Source: Candidatus Gottesmanbacteria bacterium (GTDB taxonomy: Bacteria > Patescibacteriota > Microgenomatia > UBA10105 > UBA927). Taken from it: a DNA stretch of 64,000 nucleotides. The notes beneath the pieces are model-generated. The model made no database searches. It was not told where the DNA came from and was given only the letters and a program-made list of their open reading frames with translations. The position numbers and the translations under genes were made by a program. This document shows positions 30,222-38,820 of the stretch, piece by piece. Within the stretch, counting starts at the first letter, position 1; each line of letters begins with the position of its first letter. The stretch is taken from positions 105,473 through 169,472 of the forward strand of contig CAWEKC010000003.1 of the NCBI GenBank assembly GCA_963809665.1, given 5' to 3'.

Positions 30222-31499
30222 ATGAAATCGTTTCGTTTCACGAATATCCGGCTTTTCGTCATCATTGCAGCCCTCTGTATCCTCACTGGGGGTATTGGAT
30301 ATAACCTGGGTGAGCGGAAAACTTCCATTAGTTTGAGCCCGGATAAACGGATCATAGTTAATCAAAGTCCACCGGCCGGCATAACGGTGGATTTTTTCCT
30401 GTTTTGGGACGTATGGCAACGGTTAAACAGATCATACATTGACCGCGCAAGTATCGATCCGCAGAAAATGGTGCAGGGCGCAATTGCCGGAATGGTGAAC
30501 TCATTGGGTGACCCGTATACGACGTATCTGACCGCGCAGGATAATACGGATTTCAAACAGAATTTGGGGGGTGCCTTTGAAGGAATCGGGGCACAGTTGG
30601 GGATGAAAGACAACCGTGTAATGGTTATAGCTCCACTGAAGGGTACACCGGCGGAAGCGGCGGGAATTGTAGCTGGTGATTTTATAATGAAAGTGGACGC
30701 GGCGGATACGACCGGCTGGACTGTAAACGAAACGGTTAATAAAATCAGGGGTCCGAAAGGGACGGCTGTTAAACTTTCTATTCTTCATCCGAACGGTACA
30801 GCACCTGTTGATATTTCTATTGTGCGCAACACTATTAACGTCCCCTCCGTGGTTTCGTGGATAAAACCCGTTAACCAAATTACGGAAATTGCAGGTGTGG
30901 ACGCTACCAAAACATTACCGCAAAACGGGAATATCGCGTACATCCAGTTGTCACAATTCGGGGATAATACAAACGCAGAATGGGATAAGACTGTTACAGA
31001 TGTGATTACCTCAGGAAGTTCGGTCAAAGGATTAGTTTTGGATTTACGAAATAACCCGGGGGGATATCTGGAAGGCGCGGTTTATATTGCAAGCGAATTT
31101 ATTAAAAGCGGTACGGTCGTGTCTCAGGTAAATAGCGACGGGACGAAGCAGGATTATCCCGTGGACCGGCAGGGAAGACTTCTGACGATCCCGATGGTTG
31201 TACTTATAAATAAAGGAACCGCTTCAGCCGCGGAAATTGTTTCCGGAGCACTGCGGGATTACAAACGGGCAACGCTGGTCGGGGAAACGTCGTTCGGGAA
31301 AGGGTCGGTTCAGACACCGGAAGATTTACAAGATGGTTCAAGCGTCCACATTACAACAGGCAAATGGTTGTTGCCCAACGGGGATTCGATAAGTAAAAAA
31401 GGCATTATCCCGGATATTGTTATCACGTCGGATACAACAACCACTACCGCGACTGCCGACGCTCAGCTGGAAAAAGCTGCGGAATTATTATTAAAATAA
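30222..31499 (+). CDS. ctpA: Carboxyl-terminal processing protease (S41 family) with PDZ domain
   Basis: N-terminal TM anchor, PDZ segment, LDLRNNPGGYLEGAV and catalytic Ser/Lys region (GTASAAEIVSGAL). Confidence 0.8.
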   Translation: MKSFRFTNIRLFVIIAALCILTGGIGYNLGERKTSISLSPDKRIIVNQSPPAGITVDFFLFWDVWQRLNRSYIDRASIDPQKMVQGAIAGMVNSLGDPYTTYLTAQDNTDFKQNLGGAFEGIGAQLGMKDNRVMVIAPLKGTPAEAAGIVAGDFIMKVDAADTTGWTVNETVNKIRGPKGTAVKLSILHPNGTAPVDISIVRNTINVPSVVSWIKPVNQITEIAGVDATKTLPQNGNIAYIQLSQFGDNTNAEWDKTVTDVITSGSSVKGLVLDLRNNPGGYLEGAVYIASEFIKSGTVVSQVNSDGTKQDYPVDRQGRLLTIPMVVLINKGTASAAEIVSGALRDYKRATLVGETSFGKGSVQTPEDLQDGSSVHITTGKWLLPNGDSISKKGIIPDIVITSDTTTTTATADAQLEKAAELLLK

Positions 31500-31517
31500 T
31501 CATTTCAACTTCCGGAG

Positions 31518-32375
31518 GTGATGTATATGAAGAAACTTCCCATCATCTTACTTACAGTATTCTTTGGGCTTGTTATAGTTAACGCATTCATATCGTTTGA
31601 TGGAAAAATACCTCAAACAGAGAAGACAACAACTCCCCAGGGTTCAGTACGGGTCGTATCGGAGGAATCAGTCATTATTGATGCCGTGAAGAAAGCCTCT
31701 CCTGCTGTTGTAACAGTATCCGTTACCCAAACACAACCGTCGGGGGTCGAGTATCAAATAGACCCGTTTAATCCGTTTGCGCCGATTATTCCTTTACCAC
31801 GCGGTAGCAACCAAAACACCCAACAGAATATCGGAAGCGGTTTTATCGTTGACAAAAACGGCCTTATTATCACAAATAAACACGTGGTTTCCGATACGAC
31901 TGCGACCTACAGTATCATCACGAACGATAATAAAACGTATGCGGTTACTCAGATTTACCGGGATCCGAGTAATGACCTGGCAGTGTTAAAAATTAATCCA
32001 CCGGCCGGCGGTCTCCCGACCGTTCAGTTAGGGGATTCCAATTCCATTCAGGTAGGACAACTTGCCATTGCAATCGGTACAGCGCTCGGACAATTCCGTT
32101 CGACCGTGACAACCGGTGTGGTATCAGGGGTGGGCCGCGGTATTACTGCCGGCGACCCGTTTGCGGGAGCCGCCGAACAGTTGGATAACGTCATTCAAAC
32201 ATCAGCGGCTATCAATCCCGGTAATTCCGGCGGGCCGCTATTGAACAGCGCAGCCCAAGTTGTCGGCATTAATGTCGCCGTATCAGCACAGGGTCAAAAT
32301 ATCGGGTTTGCGCTTCCCATCAATGTCGTGAAAAGGGCACTGATTAATTTCGAAAAGACAGGTCAATTGCAGTAA
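31518..32375 (+). CDS. Trypsin-like serine protease (HtrA/DegP-like, no PDZ)
   Basis: Catalytic triad context GSGFIV...NKHVV, NDLAVLKI, NPGNSGGPLLN; N-terminal TM anchor. Confidence 0.75.
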   Translation: MMYMKKLPIILLTVFFGLVIVNAFISFDGKIPQTEKTTTPQGSVRVVSEESVIIDAVKKASPAVVTVSVTQTQPSGVEYQIDPFNPFAPIIPLPRGSNQNTQQNIGSGFIVDKNGLIITNKHVVSDTTATYSIITNDNKTYAVTQIYRDPSNDLAVLKINPPAGGLPTVQLGDSNSIQVGQLAIAIGTALGQFRSTVTTGVVSGVGRGITAGDPFAGAAEQLDNVIQTSAAINPGNSGGPLLNSAAQVVGINVAVSAQGQNIGFALPINVVKRALINFEKTGQLQ

Positions 32376-32377
32376 TA

Positions 32378-33085
32378 TTATAACCCTATAGATGCGGTGA
32401 CGGGATAATGATCGGAGAACCGTGTCCGCTCGAGTGAAAGAGAAGAAAGCGTGCATCGTTTTACAAACACATAATCCAGTTGATATCTCCATAGTGCCAT
32501 CCTATATGTTGACAACCGCGTCGCGGTGGTTTGAAACCCGATTTTTTTCATACGTCGGATTAGTGTATCTTTTGCACGAATTCTCGGGATATTAAAATCA
32601 CCGGTTATAATAAGCCCGTGGTTGTGCGTAGCCAAATGATCGGTAATGAGACGGAGCTGTTTATAGCGTGACCGGTTAGCGGCAAGAAACACTAAATGGG
32701 TGTTTGCGACGGTAATAGTTTTACGGCCGACGCGGAATGTCGTCAGAAGACAACTTTTTTCCATCGGATTTTTCAACAATGATTTTTCCATTGGGTGGAC
32801 TCCCATAAGAAGCGTTTTTGAATGCATCAAACGTAGTTTTTTTTTCCGGAATAATGTTACAATTCCGAATATTTTTTTTCTGAAGATAAATGAATCTGTG
32901 AACCGATGTCCCCAGTCACGGGAGAGTGACCGGTAAAATGTCGTAAGATATACAACGGGAAATTCCTGGAGACAAATAATATCTGCGTCGGTCTGGTTTT
33001 CGATCCAGGAAATAATATCAATGAGTCGTTTTCCGAAATGAATGTTGTATGTAACAACGCGTAACATTTTAGACGTGTGAGGCAA
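32378..33085 (-). CDS. Endonuclease/exonuclease/phosphatase (EEP) family protein
   Basis: VVTYNIHFG N-terminus, DIICLQEF, C-terminal SDHYPV motif. Confidence 0.7.
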   Translation of the reverse strand: MPHTSKMLRVVTYNIHFGKRLIDIISWIENQTDADIICLQEFPVVYLTTFYRSLSRDWGHRFTDSFIFRKKIFGIVTLFRKKKLRLMHSKTLLMGVHPMEKSLLKNPMEKSCLLTTFRVGRKTITVANTHLVFLAANRSRYKQLRLITDHLATHNHGLIITGDFNIPRIRAKDTLIRRMKKIGFQTTATRLSTYRMALWRYQLDYVFVKRCTLSSLSLERTRFSDHYPVTASIGL

Positions 33086-33776
33086 GGAGAGCTTCAGTAA
33101 TTTTTCCCATTTTCCCTTCGATAATGTCGTCCAGATTATGCCAGGATTTTCCGATACGGTGGTCGGTCACACGGTTTTGCGGAAAGTTGTACGTCCGGAT
33201 TTTTTCCGCACGCATACCGCGGCCGATGATGCTTCGTGCAGCTCCTAACGCCGCGGCGGCTTTCGTTTCTTCAAGTTCCCATAATTTTGCCCTCAGCATT
33301 GAGAGGGCTACCTGGCGGTTTTGATATTGATCCCGTTCAGTCTGGCAGGTGACGACAATACCGGTTAGTTTATGCCGTATGCGCACTGCCGAACTTACTT
33401 TATTTACATTCTGCCCGCCTTTGCCGCCGCTCCGGTAAAATTCCAACTCAATATCTTCCGGGCGGATGATAACGTCAGTTTCAGGAATTTCTGGAAGTAC
33501 TGCGACGGTTGCCGTGGATGTATGAATCCGTCCGGCGCGTTCGGTCGAGGGCACACGCTGTACGCGGTGGGTTCCCGCTTCATACTGTAATTTCGTGAAT
33601 ACCTGCAGCCCGCGTAGCCGGATAGCCATATCCGAGATAGCCTGTGTTTTCCAGCCCGATATACCAGCGTACCGAAGATACATTCGCATAAGATCGGCTG
33701 CCCATATACGGGCTTCTTCGCCGCCCGGCCCGGGCCTGAATTCCATAATTGCGACATCCGGGTTCACAGAATTCAT
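33069..33776 (-). CDS. prfA: Peptide chain release factor 1 lacking N-terminal domain 1
   Basis: RVQRVPSTE (PxT tripeptide context of RF1), GGQ motif (SGGKGGQNVNK), RTYNFPQNRVTDHR; only 235 aa; upstream gene rpmE abuts at 33786 leaving no room for domain 1. Confidence 0.75.
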   Translation of the reverse strand: MNSVNPDVAIMEFRPGPGGEEARIWAADLMRMYLRYAGISGWKTQAISDMAIRLRGLQVFTKLQYEAGTHRVQRVPSTERAGRIHTSTATVAVLPEIPETDVIIRPEDIELEFYRSGGKGGQNVNKVSSAVRIRHKLTGIVVTCQTERDQYQNRQVALSMLRAKLWELEETKAAAALGAARSIIGRGMRAEKIRTYNFPQNRVTDHRIGKSWHNLDDIIEGKMGKITEALLASHV

Positions 33777-33785
33777 ACGGAAGAT

Positions 33786-34094
33786 CTACTTTAAGCCCAT
33801 TAACATGTCTTTGAGGGATTTCGGATTGCGGAGTGACTCGGCACGTTCCAGTTTCTTTTTCTTCCGTGCGGCCAGTACCGTTGATTGGGCAGCAGCTGTT
33901 TTTACTTTTTTCTGGAATCGTTCGACGCGGCCCATCGTATCAACAAATTTCATTTCCCCGGTAAAAAATGGATGGCATTTGCCGCAGATTTCCACGCGAA
34001 GCTCCGGCTTGGTGGCGCCTACCGTAAACCGGTTACCGCAGGCGCACGTAACGACCGCGTCCGGATACCATGTTGGGTGAATCGATTTTTTCAT
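33786..34094 (-). CDS. rpmE: 50S ribosomal protein L31 with C-terminal basic extension
   Basis: [23 protein letters not shown]...[10 protein letters not shown] zinc-ribbon bL31. Confidence 0.85.
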   Translation of the reverse strand: MKKSIHPTWYPDAVVTCACGNRFTVGATKPELRVEICGKCHPFFTGEMKFVDTMGRVERFQKKVKTAAAQSTVLAARKKKKLERAESLRNPKSLKDMLMGLK

Positions 34095-34119
34095 ACGAGA
34101 GAAGTATTATATCATTTCA

Positions 34120-35153
34120 TCAGTTCTTTTGAAAGATTGAAGCGAGGACTTCCTTTTTTTTGAGCTTGGTATGGGGCGGAATAGCAGATTGAGGAATAAT
34201 GGGAACCGCGGCTTTTTCGACGGATTTTCCAAGCAACATCAACTTTCTGATCGGGTGATAATGGATGCGGCCTTCAGCTAAGAATATGCCGCCGAAGATG
34301 AGGATTGCCCCGCCCAAAAAGGGAGAGTGATTGGTTCGTGTAAAATCAGTGCGCCCGCCACCGTACCTACGAGAGGATCAACATATGCAAACATTGCGGT
34401 ATCGGTGGCAGAGATTTTGGACAGACCCCAGGCAAATAAGCCATACGCGATGGTACTGCTGAAAATCGCCCCATACGCGATACCTACATAGCCGCGCCAA
34501 TCTAAGAGGGCATACAGATGAGGTATACGTACATATTCATAGAAAGCTAATGGGAGAAAGCTTGCCGCTCCGACCAAAAACGCCCAAAACGTGAATGCCC
34601 ACGGATTATATTTATTGACAATCCTTTTGCCGACAATGGTTTGGCCGACAGCGGCGAGTGTTGCGATCAGGAGATAGAGATTTCCAAGGACCGATCCGTC
34701 TACACCGCGAAGCAATAATGGTTCGATGATGATGAGAAGAATGCCCAATGTCCCCAATACCATTCCAAAGAATTTTTTCAGTTTAAATCCTTCGTGAAGA
34801 AAGAGTATCGCAAAAAAAAGTATGAGAATCGGTTGCGCGCTTGCGATAACAGGGGAATTAATAGACAAAGTGAGTTTCAGTCCCCAGAAGAAAAAAATAA
34901 TATTAAGCGTAATGCCTAAAAAACCATAGAGAAACAGAAGTATCGCATCTTTCCTGCTGGTGAGTGGAAGTGCAACCTTTTTGCGGATTATGATAAGTAT
35001 CATAATGGCACCCAGGAAAAAGCGCCAGAAGGCGAGTGTAAACGGAGGGATATTCTCTAAGCTTAACTTAAATATTGCCGCGGCCGCGCCCCAGATGATG
35101 TTGGCAATGATAAGTGCCAAAAAAGCTTTTTGGACAGTCGTGAGCGATTTCAT
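34120..35153 (-). CDS. EamA/DMT-family transporter, interrupted by homopolymer indel near 34308-34320
   Basis: Ten hydrophobic helices with two EamA repeats; last helix (GGAILIFGGIFLAEG) encoded in -1 frame after CCTTTTTGGGCGGGG run. Confidence 0.65.
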
Positions 35154-35156
35154 GAA

Positions 35157-36371
35157 TTAATTTGCCCGGAGTTTTTCAATCAGTTTCTCAACAGAAAATT
35201 CTTCCTGTTTTTTCGTTCCCATATTTTTCAGTTTCACAACGTTCCGTTTTACTTCATCAGGTCCCGCAATTACGACATACGGAATTCCCTTTTTATCGGC
35301 ATATTTCAGTTGTTTGTCAAGTTTTGCCGACGTATCGACGTAGACTTCCGCATTAAGTCCGGCCCGGCGTAAGGAACTCGTGAGTTCAAGCGATGATCCT
35401 AACTGCTCCGGCGAAAAAATTGTGACCAATAGTTGTGTAGCAGTTGGTTGAACCGGCAACAAGTTAAATTCACCCAACGCCTCTACTATGCGGTCAAAAC
35501 CGAACGCAATGCCTACCGCAGGGACATCCTGGCCGGAAAATTGACCGATCAGTCCGTCGAACCGCCCTCCGCCGGCGAGCGATCCGCTTGTATACGCACC
35601 GGCTTTCAATTCAAATATCGTGCTTGTGTAGTATTCCAGTCCCCGGGCTAAAAACCGGTTGAACCGGAAATCCACATCCTCTTTGTATCCCAGACGCTTG
35701 AGCGCTTCGAAAATTTTCCAGATCCGTTCGGTCGGCTTGGAATTTTTCAGTGAAGCAATAAGATCTTTTGCATTTTTCCTCCCGTCGGCTTCCAATTCCC
35801 GAATGACTTCCTCGACCCCGATTTTATAGAGTTTATCGATGATGGTAATTTCCTTTTTGGTAAGCTTAAGGTCGTCGAATATCGTCCGGTCGTTGACATC
35901 CATGATAATGCCTGAGAACCCGAGTTGTTTAAACGTATTAAGGGAGCAATCAATAATTTCCGCGTCGGCAAGGGGAGAATCCGACCCGATTGTATCAATG
36001 TCGCACTGCATAAATTCGCGGAACCTGCCTTTCTGCGTATTTTCCGCGCGCCACACAGGCTGGATTTGATAGCGCTTGAACGGTTTGGGAAGTTCCGGAT
36101 ATTGGGCAACAACGCGCGAGAGGGGAACGGTCTGGTCATAGCGAAGGCCCACGTTCCGTTTTCCGTTATCGCGAAATAGATATAATAATTTATCCGCCTC
36201 GCCGCCGTATTTTCCCATGAGCGTTTCAGCGTATTCCAACGCAGGTGTTTCTAACGGGTCAAATCCGTACCGTTCAAATACTGCCCTGATTTTCCCCACG
36301 ACAATTTGTCGCGCGAGGGCGGCTGAAGGCAAAAAATCCCGAAATCCTTTCAATGTTTGTGCTTTGATCAT
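35157..36371 (-). CDS. hisS: Histidine--tRNA ligase
   Basis: KGFRDFLP, class II motifs (FRYDQTVP-like RYDQTVPLSR, GGRFDGL), C-terminal anticodon-binding domain. Confidence 0.9.
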   Translation of the reverse strand: MIKAQTLKGFRDFLPSAALARQIVVGKIRAVFERYGFDPLETPALEYAETLMGKYGGEADKLLYLFRDNGKRNVGLRYDQTVPLSRVVAQYPELPKPFKRYQIQPVWRAENTQKGRFREFMQCDIDTIGSDSPLADAEIIDCSLNTFKQLGFSGIIMDVNDRTIFDDLKLTKKEITIIDKLYKIGVEEVIRELEADGRKNAKDLIASLKNSKPTERIWKIFEALKRLGYKEDVDFRFNRFLARGLEYYTSTIFELKAGAYTSGSLAGGGRFDGLIGQFSGQDVPAVGIAFGFDRIVEALGEFNLLPVQPTATQLLVTIFSPEQLGSSLELTSSLRRAGLNAEVYVDTSAKLDKQLKYADKKGIPYVVIAGPDEVKRNVVKLKNMGTKKQEEFSVEKLIEKLRAN

Positions 36372-36372
36372 A

Positions 36373-36576
36373 TTAATTTCCTTTTAATACTACCAATGCT
36401 TTTTCTTTATCTTTTTTTTGTACGGATAACCGTATTCCTTCCGTCATGGACGGGTACATACCGCCGGCATCGTCCCCCTCGATAAAAGCCGCAATCCCGC
36501 TTCCCTCAAGAACACTTTTGGCAACTTCCGCTTCCAGTCTTCTCGTATATGTCGCGATGACAACCACCTCCGGCAT
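36373..36576 (-). CDS. DUF2007-like small protein
   Basis: 67 aa, pattern VVVIATYTRRLEAEVAKSVLEGSGIAAFIEGDD typical of DUF2007. Confidence 0.45.
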   Translation of the reverse strand: MPEVVVIATYTRRLEAEVAKSVLEGSGIAAFIEGDDAGGMYPSMTEGIRLSVQKKDKEKALVVLKGN

Positions 36577-36637
36577 GTATTAAGCGTACCAAATCCCAGG
36601 CGCGAATACCAGCGTGATATTGTACCGAGATTCTATA

Positions 36638-37645
36638 CTATTCGGGTGTCCAATAGGCTGCCATATTAAGTAATCTCTGCTCTTTATTTTTGATGGTTTT
36701 TCTTACTGTTAACCCTGGTTCATCTAATCCGGGTGAACTGACACGGATTGGTAGGTCAACCAAATCTTCAGGACGAATAAGAATAAAGTTTTGTTCTTCC
36801 ATATTTTCATATATTTTGTCGGCCATATTCCAACAGGCACAGCTAAAACTCCACCAATCAACGCTGCTTATGCTTGCCCACTTCGCCATTTGTTCTTTGC
36901 TTGCGTCAGGTGCAATATACGGGAACGCTCTGGAAAGCTTGCCGGATGTAAGCGGTTCGTTAATCACTCTTCCAGATAAGGGTACAAAGGGGATAAAATC
37001 CCTTGCCTCAATCCAATCAACTGGCGTGCCGATATTTGTTTTTGTAATTGTAAGAATTCCATTAGACCGCAACGTACGAATCGATTCGTCAGTAGCGATA
37101 CCGAGCACAGCGGTATTGACTTTGATGTTCTCTTTAGCTAACTTTTGTGCTAGATCAACCAAAGAGCCTCCGGAATATGCGCCAACATCTATAACGCAAA
37201 TATCGCGTTTATCACCCAGTAGATAGTTAAGCTGTTGAATCTGCGTAATAATATCTGGATACCCAGGACGCGCAATTTCTGCAATGGAAAAATCCGCATT
37301 AAGTCCACGGGTGATATTCAGACATGCATCGGCTTCGTCTGCACCGTAAATCGGATCTAGTGACACAATGGGATAGCCAAGTTGTTTAACTCGAGCTACG
37401 TCCGTTTGGATATTTTTCTGAATTATTTCAGCATTCAGTACAGTAAGCGGAACCGGTCGAATAGTCTTTTCTAATTCTTCCGTTAAATCCGTTTGTACTT
37501 TGCGATATACATCAGCGGACGGCGGTTTCCAGCCCTTATACCTACACAGTGCGTTCATAAGTACCGGAACATCCCATGACAACACATATGACGGTGTCGG
37601 TTCGAGTTCTTTTGGACGAAATTCAATTTTTTCACTATTTACCAT
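36638..37645 (-). CDS. Hypothetical protein with PRTase-like PRPP-binding loop (ICVIDVGAYSGGS)
   Basis: 335 aa; hhhhD-x-G-x-x-S-G-G-S resembles type I phosphoribosyltransferase loop; 6-bp gap to upstream LOG-like gene suggests operon. Confidence 0.35.
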   Translation of the reverse strand: MVNSEKIEFRPKELEPTPSYVLSWDVPVLMNALCRYKGWKPPSADVYRKVQTDLTEELEKTIRPVPLTVLNAEIIQKNIQTDVARVKQLGYPIVSLDPIYGADEADACLNITRGLNADFSIAEIARPGYPDIITQIQQLNYLLGDKRDICVIDVGAYSGGSLVDLAQKLAKENIKVNTAVLGIATDESIRTLRSNGILTITKTNIGTPVDWIEARDFIPFVPLSGRVINEPLTSGKLSRAFPYIAPDASKEQMAKWASISSVDWWSFSCACWNMADKIYENMEEQNFILIRPEDLVDLPIRVSSPGLDEPGLTVRKTIKNKEQRLLNMAAYWTPE

Positions 37646-37651
37646 ATATTT

Positions 37652-38191
37652 TCACCTTCTTTCTAAAGGCTGTATTAAAGTTAAGGCCATATGTACTGCT
37701 TCTTTGGGAGTACGCGCCGCTTTTACCTTGATTCTTTTTCTACCATCTAAATATTGTCCCGCGAGTTTTTCACTCCATCCACCAGTGCCGATAAGTACGA
37801 CCACGGGAATGTTTGCCTGATAGGCAATTGCAATTTCCGTGAGCGTTCCCGATCCGCCGCTTATGCAAATAATTGCGTCGCAGCTTAACACTAGAGCGAG
37901 CTCGCGCCCCCCGCCACGTTCGAGGCCAGACGCAATCACGACATCGACGTTTTTTTCGACAATTTTTAACCCTTTCCCGTACGTGACGCCCACAGTAAGA
38001 CCGCCTGCATTTTTTGCACCTCGACCTGCTGCTGTAGAAAGCGAGTCAAAGTCTTTTTCAGCACCGAAAAGAAGCGTTGCGTTGTTTTTTGCAACCCAAT
38101 AGCCGACTTCTTCCGCAAGCCGTTCAATAGTTTTCGTGTATTTCAGATCCGAGCAGGATCCCATAACACCGATTTGAAATTTTCTTTTCAT
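37652..38191 (-). CDS. LOG/TIGR00725-family (SLOG) Rossmann-fold protein
   Basis: IGVMGSCSD...AAGRGAKNAGGLTVGVT and ISGGSGTLTE (PGGxGTxxE-like) motifs; 179 aa. Confidence 0.6.
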   Translation of the reverse strand: MKRKFQIGVMGSCSDLKYTKTIERLAEEVGYWVAKNNATLLFGAEKDFDSLSTAAGRGAKNAGGLTVGVTYGKGLKIVEKNVDVVIASGLERGGGRELALVLSCDAIICISGGSGTLTEIAIAYQANIPVVVLIGTGGWSEKLAGQYLDGRKRIKVKAARTPKEAVHMALTLIQPLERR

Positions 38192-38197
38192 ATATAC

Positions 38198-38226
38198 ATT
38201 CGCAGAACAATAAAACCTGCGAATGG
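38198..38226. promoter_or_regulatory. Perfect 9-bp stem hairpin (CATTCGCAG-N11-CTGCGAATG) 7 nt upstream of LOG-like start codon
   Basis: Inverted repeat read directly; lies in the 5' leader of the minus-strand operon. Confidence 0.35.
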
Positions 38227-38360
38227 GAGAGGGGAGAGGATTTAGTTAAAATTAGAAATTAAAAATTGATGAAGGTCTCGCCTCGACCACGCGTAGGTTT
38301 AAATCAGGCGATGATGAAGCCCGCAAGAAGAAGAAAACGATGATAAACAAAAGTATTTCA

Positions 38361-38394
38361 TATTAACGCGTTAATATATTAACATGTTAATATA
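38361..38394. promoter_or_regulatory. Two overlapping perfect palindromes TATTAACGCGTTAATA and TATATTAACATGTTAATATA (half-site TATTAAC)
   Basis: Dyad symmetry verified base by base; in promoter region of LOG-like operon and 14 bp beyond the stop codon of the TrpR-like gene. Confidence 0.6.
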
Positions 38395-38407
38395 ACTATG
38401 TCAAGGA

Positions 38408-38785
38408 TTACATTTGGAAGGGGTTTTTCATACCGCGGAGCTTGCCGCTTTTGAACCGGGGATGTGTGTGATAATCCTGGGTTGCCCGATCGTCAAATAT
38501 GCGGGAGGCGATCGTTGCATATCCGCCCCGACCTTTTTTCAGCCAGCGGGCGACACGGGTGACGGTCGCTGTAGACACATTAAGTTTCTTGGCGATATCT
38601 GCGTATGATTCGTGGCGAATGAGCAATTTAACCATCTGCCATCGGTTCGCAAATTCGGTAAGTTCAGGTAACGTAAGAAGATCGCGGAAAAAATTGACTG
38701 CTTCTTCTTTCGATTTTATTTCCCGTACTGCGTCGAACAATTCATTCATTTCCGGGGTAGGATACATGAGTGTCTGTCTTTTCAT
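38408..38785 (-). CDS. TrpR-like/YerC-YecD family DNA-binding protein
   Basis: LLTLPELTEFANRWQMVKLL...IAKKLNVSTATVTRVARWLKKG matches Trp-repressor-like HTH family. Confidence 0.6.
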   Translation of the reverse strand: MKRQTLMYPTPEMNELFDAVREIKSKEEAVNFFRDLLTLPELTEFANRWQMVKLLIRHESYADIAKKLNVSTATVTRVARWLKKGRGGYATIASRIFDDRATQDYHTHPRFKSGKLRGMKNPFQM

Positions 38786-38815
38786 ATTAATACGTTAATA
38801 TATTAATGAAGAAAT
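38786..38815. promoter_or_regulatory. Imperfect copy of TATTAAC-N-TTAATA inverted repeat in promoter of TrpR-like gene
   Basis: ATATTAATACGTTAATATATTAAT immediately upstream of the regulator start codon. Confidence 0.4.
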
Positions 38816-38820
38816 TGCAA

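Noticed and set aside
33786-34094. Possibility that the missing RF1 N-domain is hidden in the 102-aa L31 ORF
   Set aside because: The ORF is a clean bL31 zinc ribbon with a basic tail, and the roughly 110-aa RF domain 1 cannot fit in any frame there.
34120-34317. 65-aa ORF as an independent gene
   Set aside because: It encodes the final TM helix of the EamA transporter displaced by a homopolymer indel; it is merged into the EamA feature.
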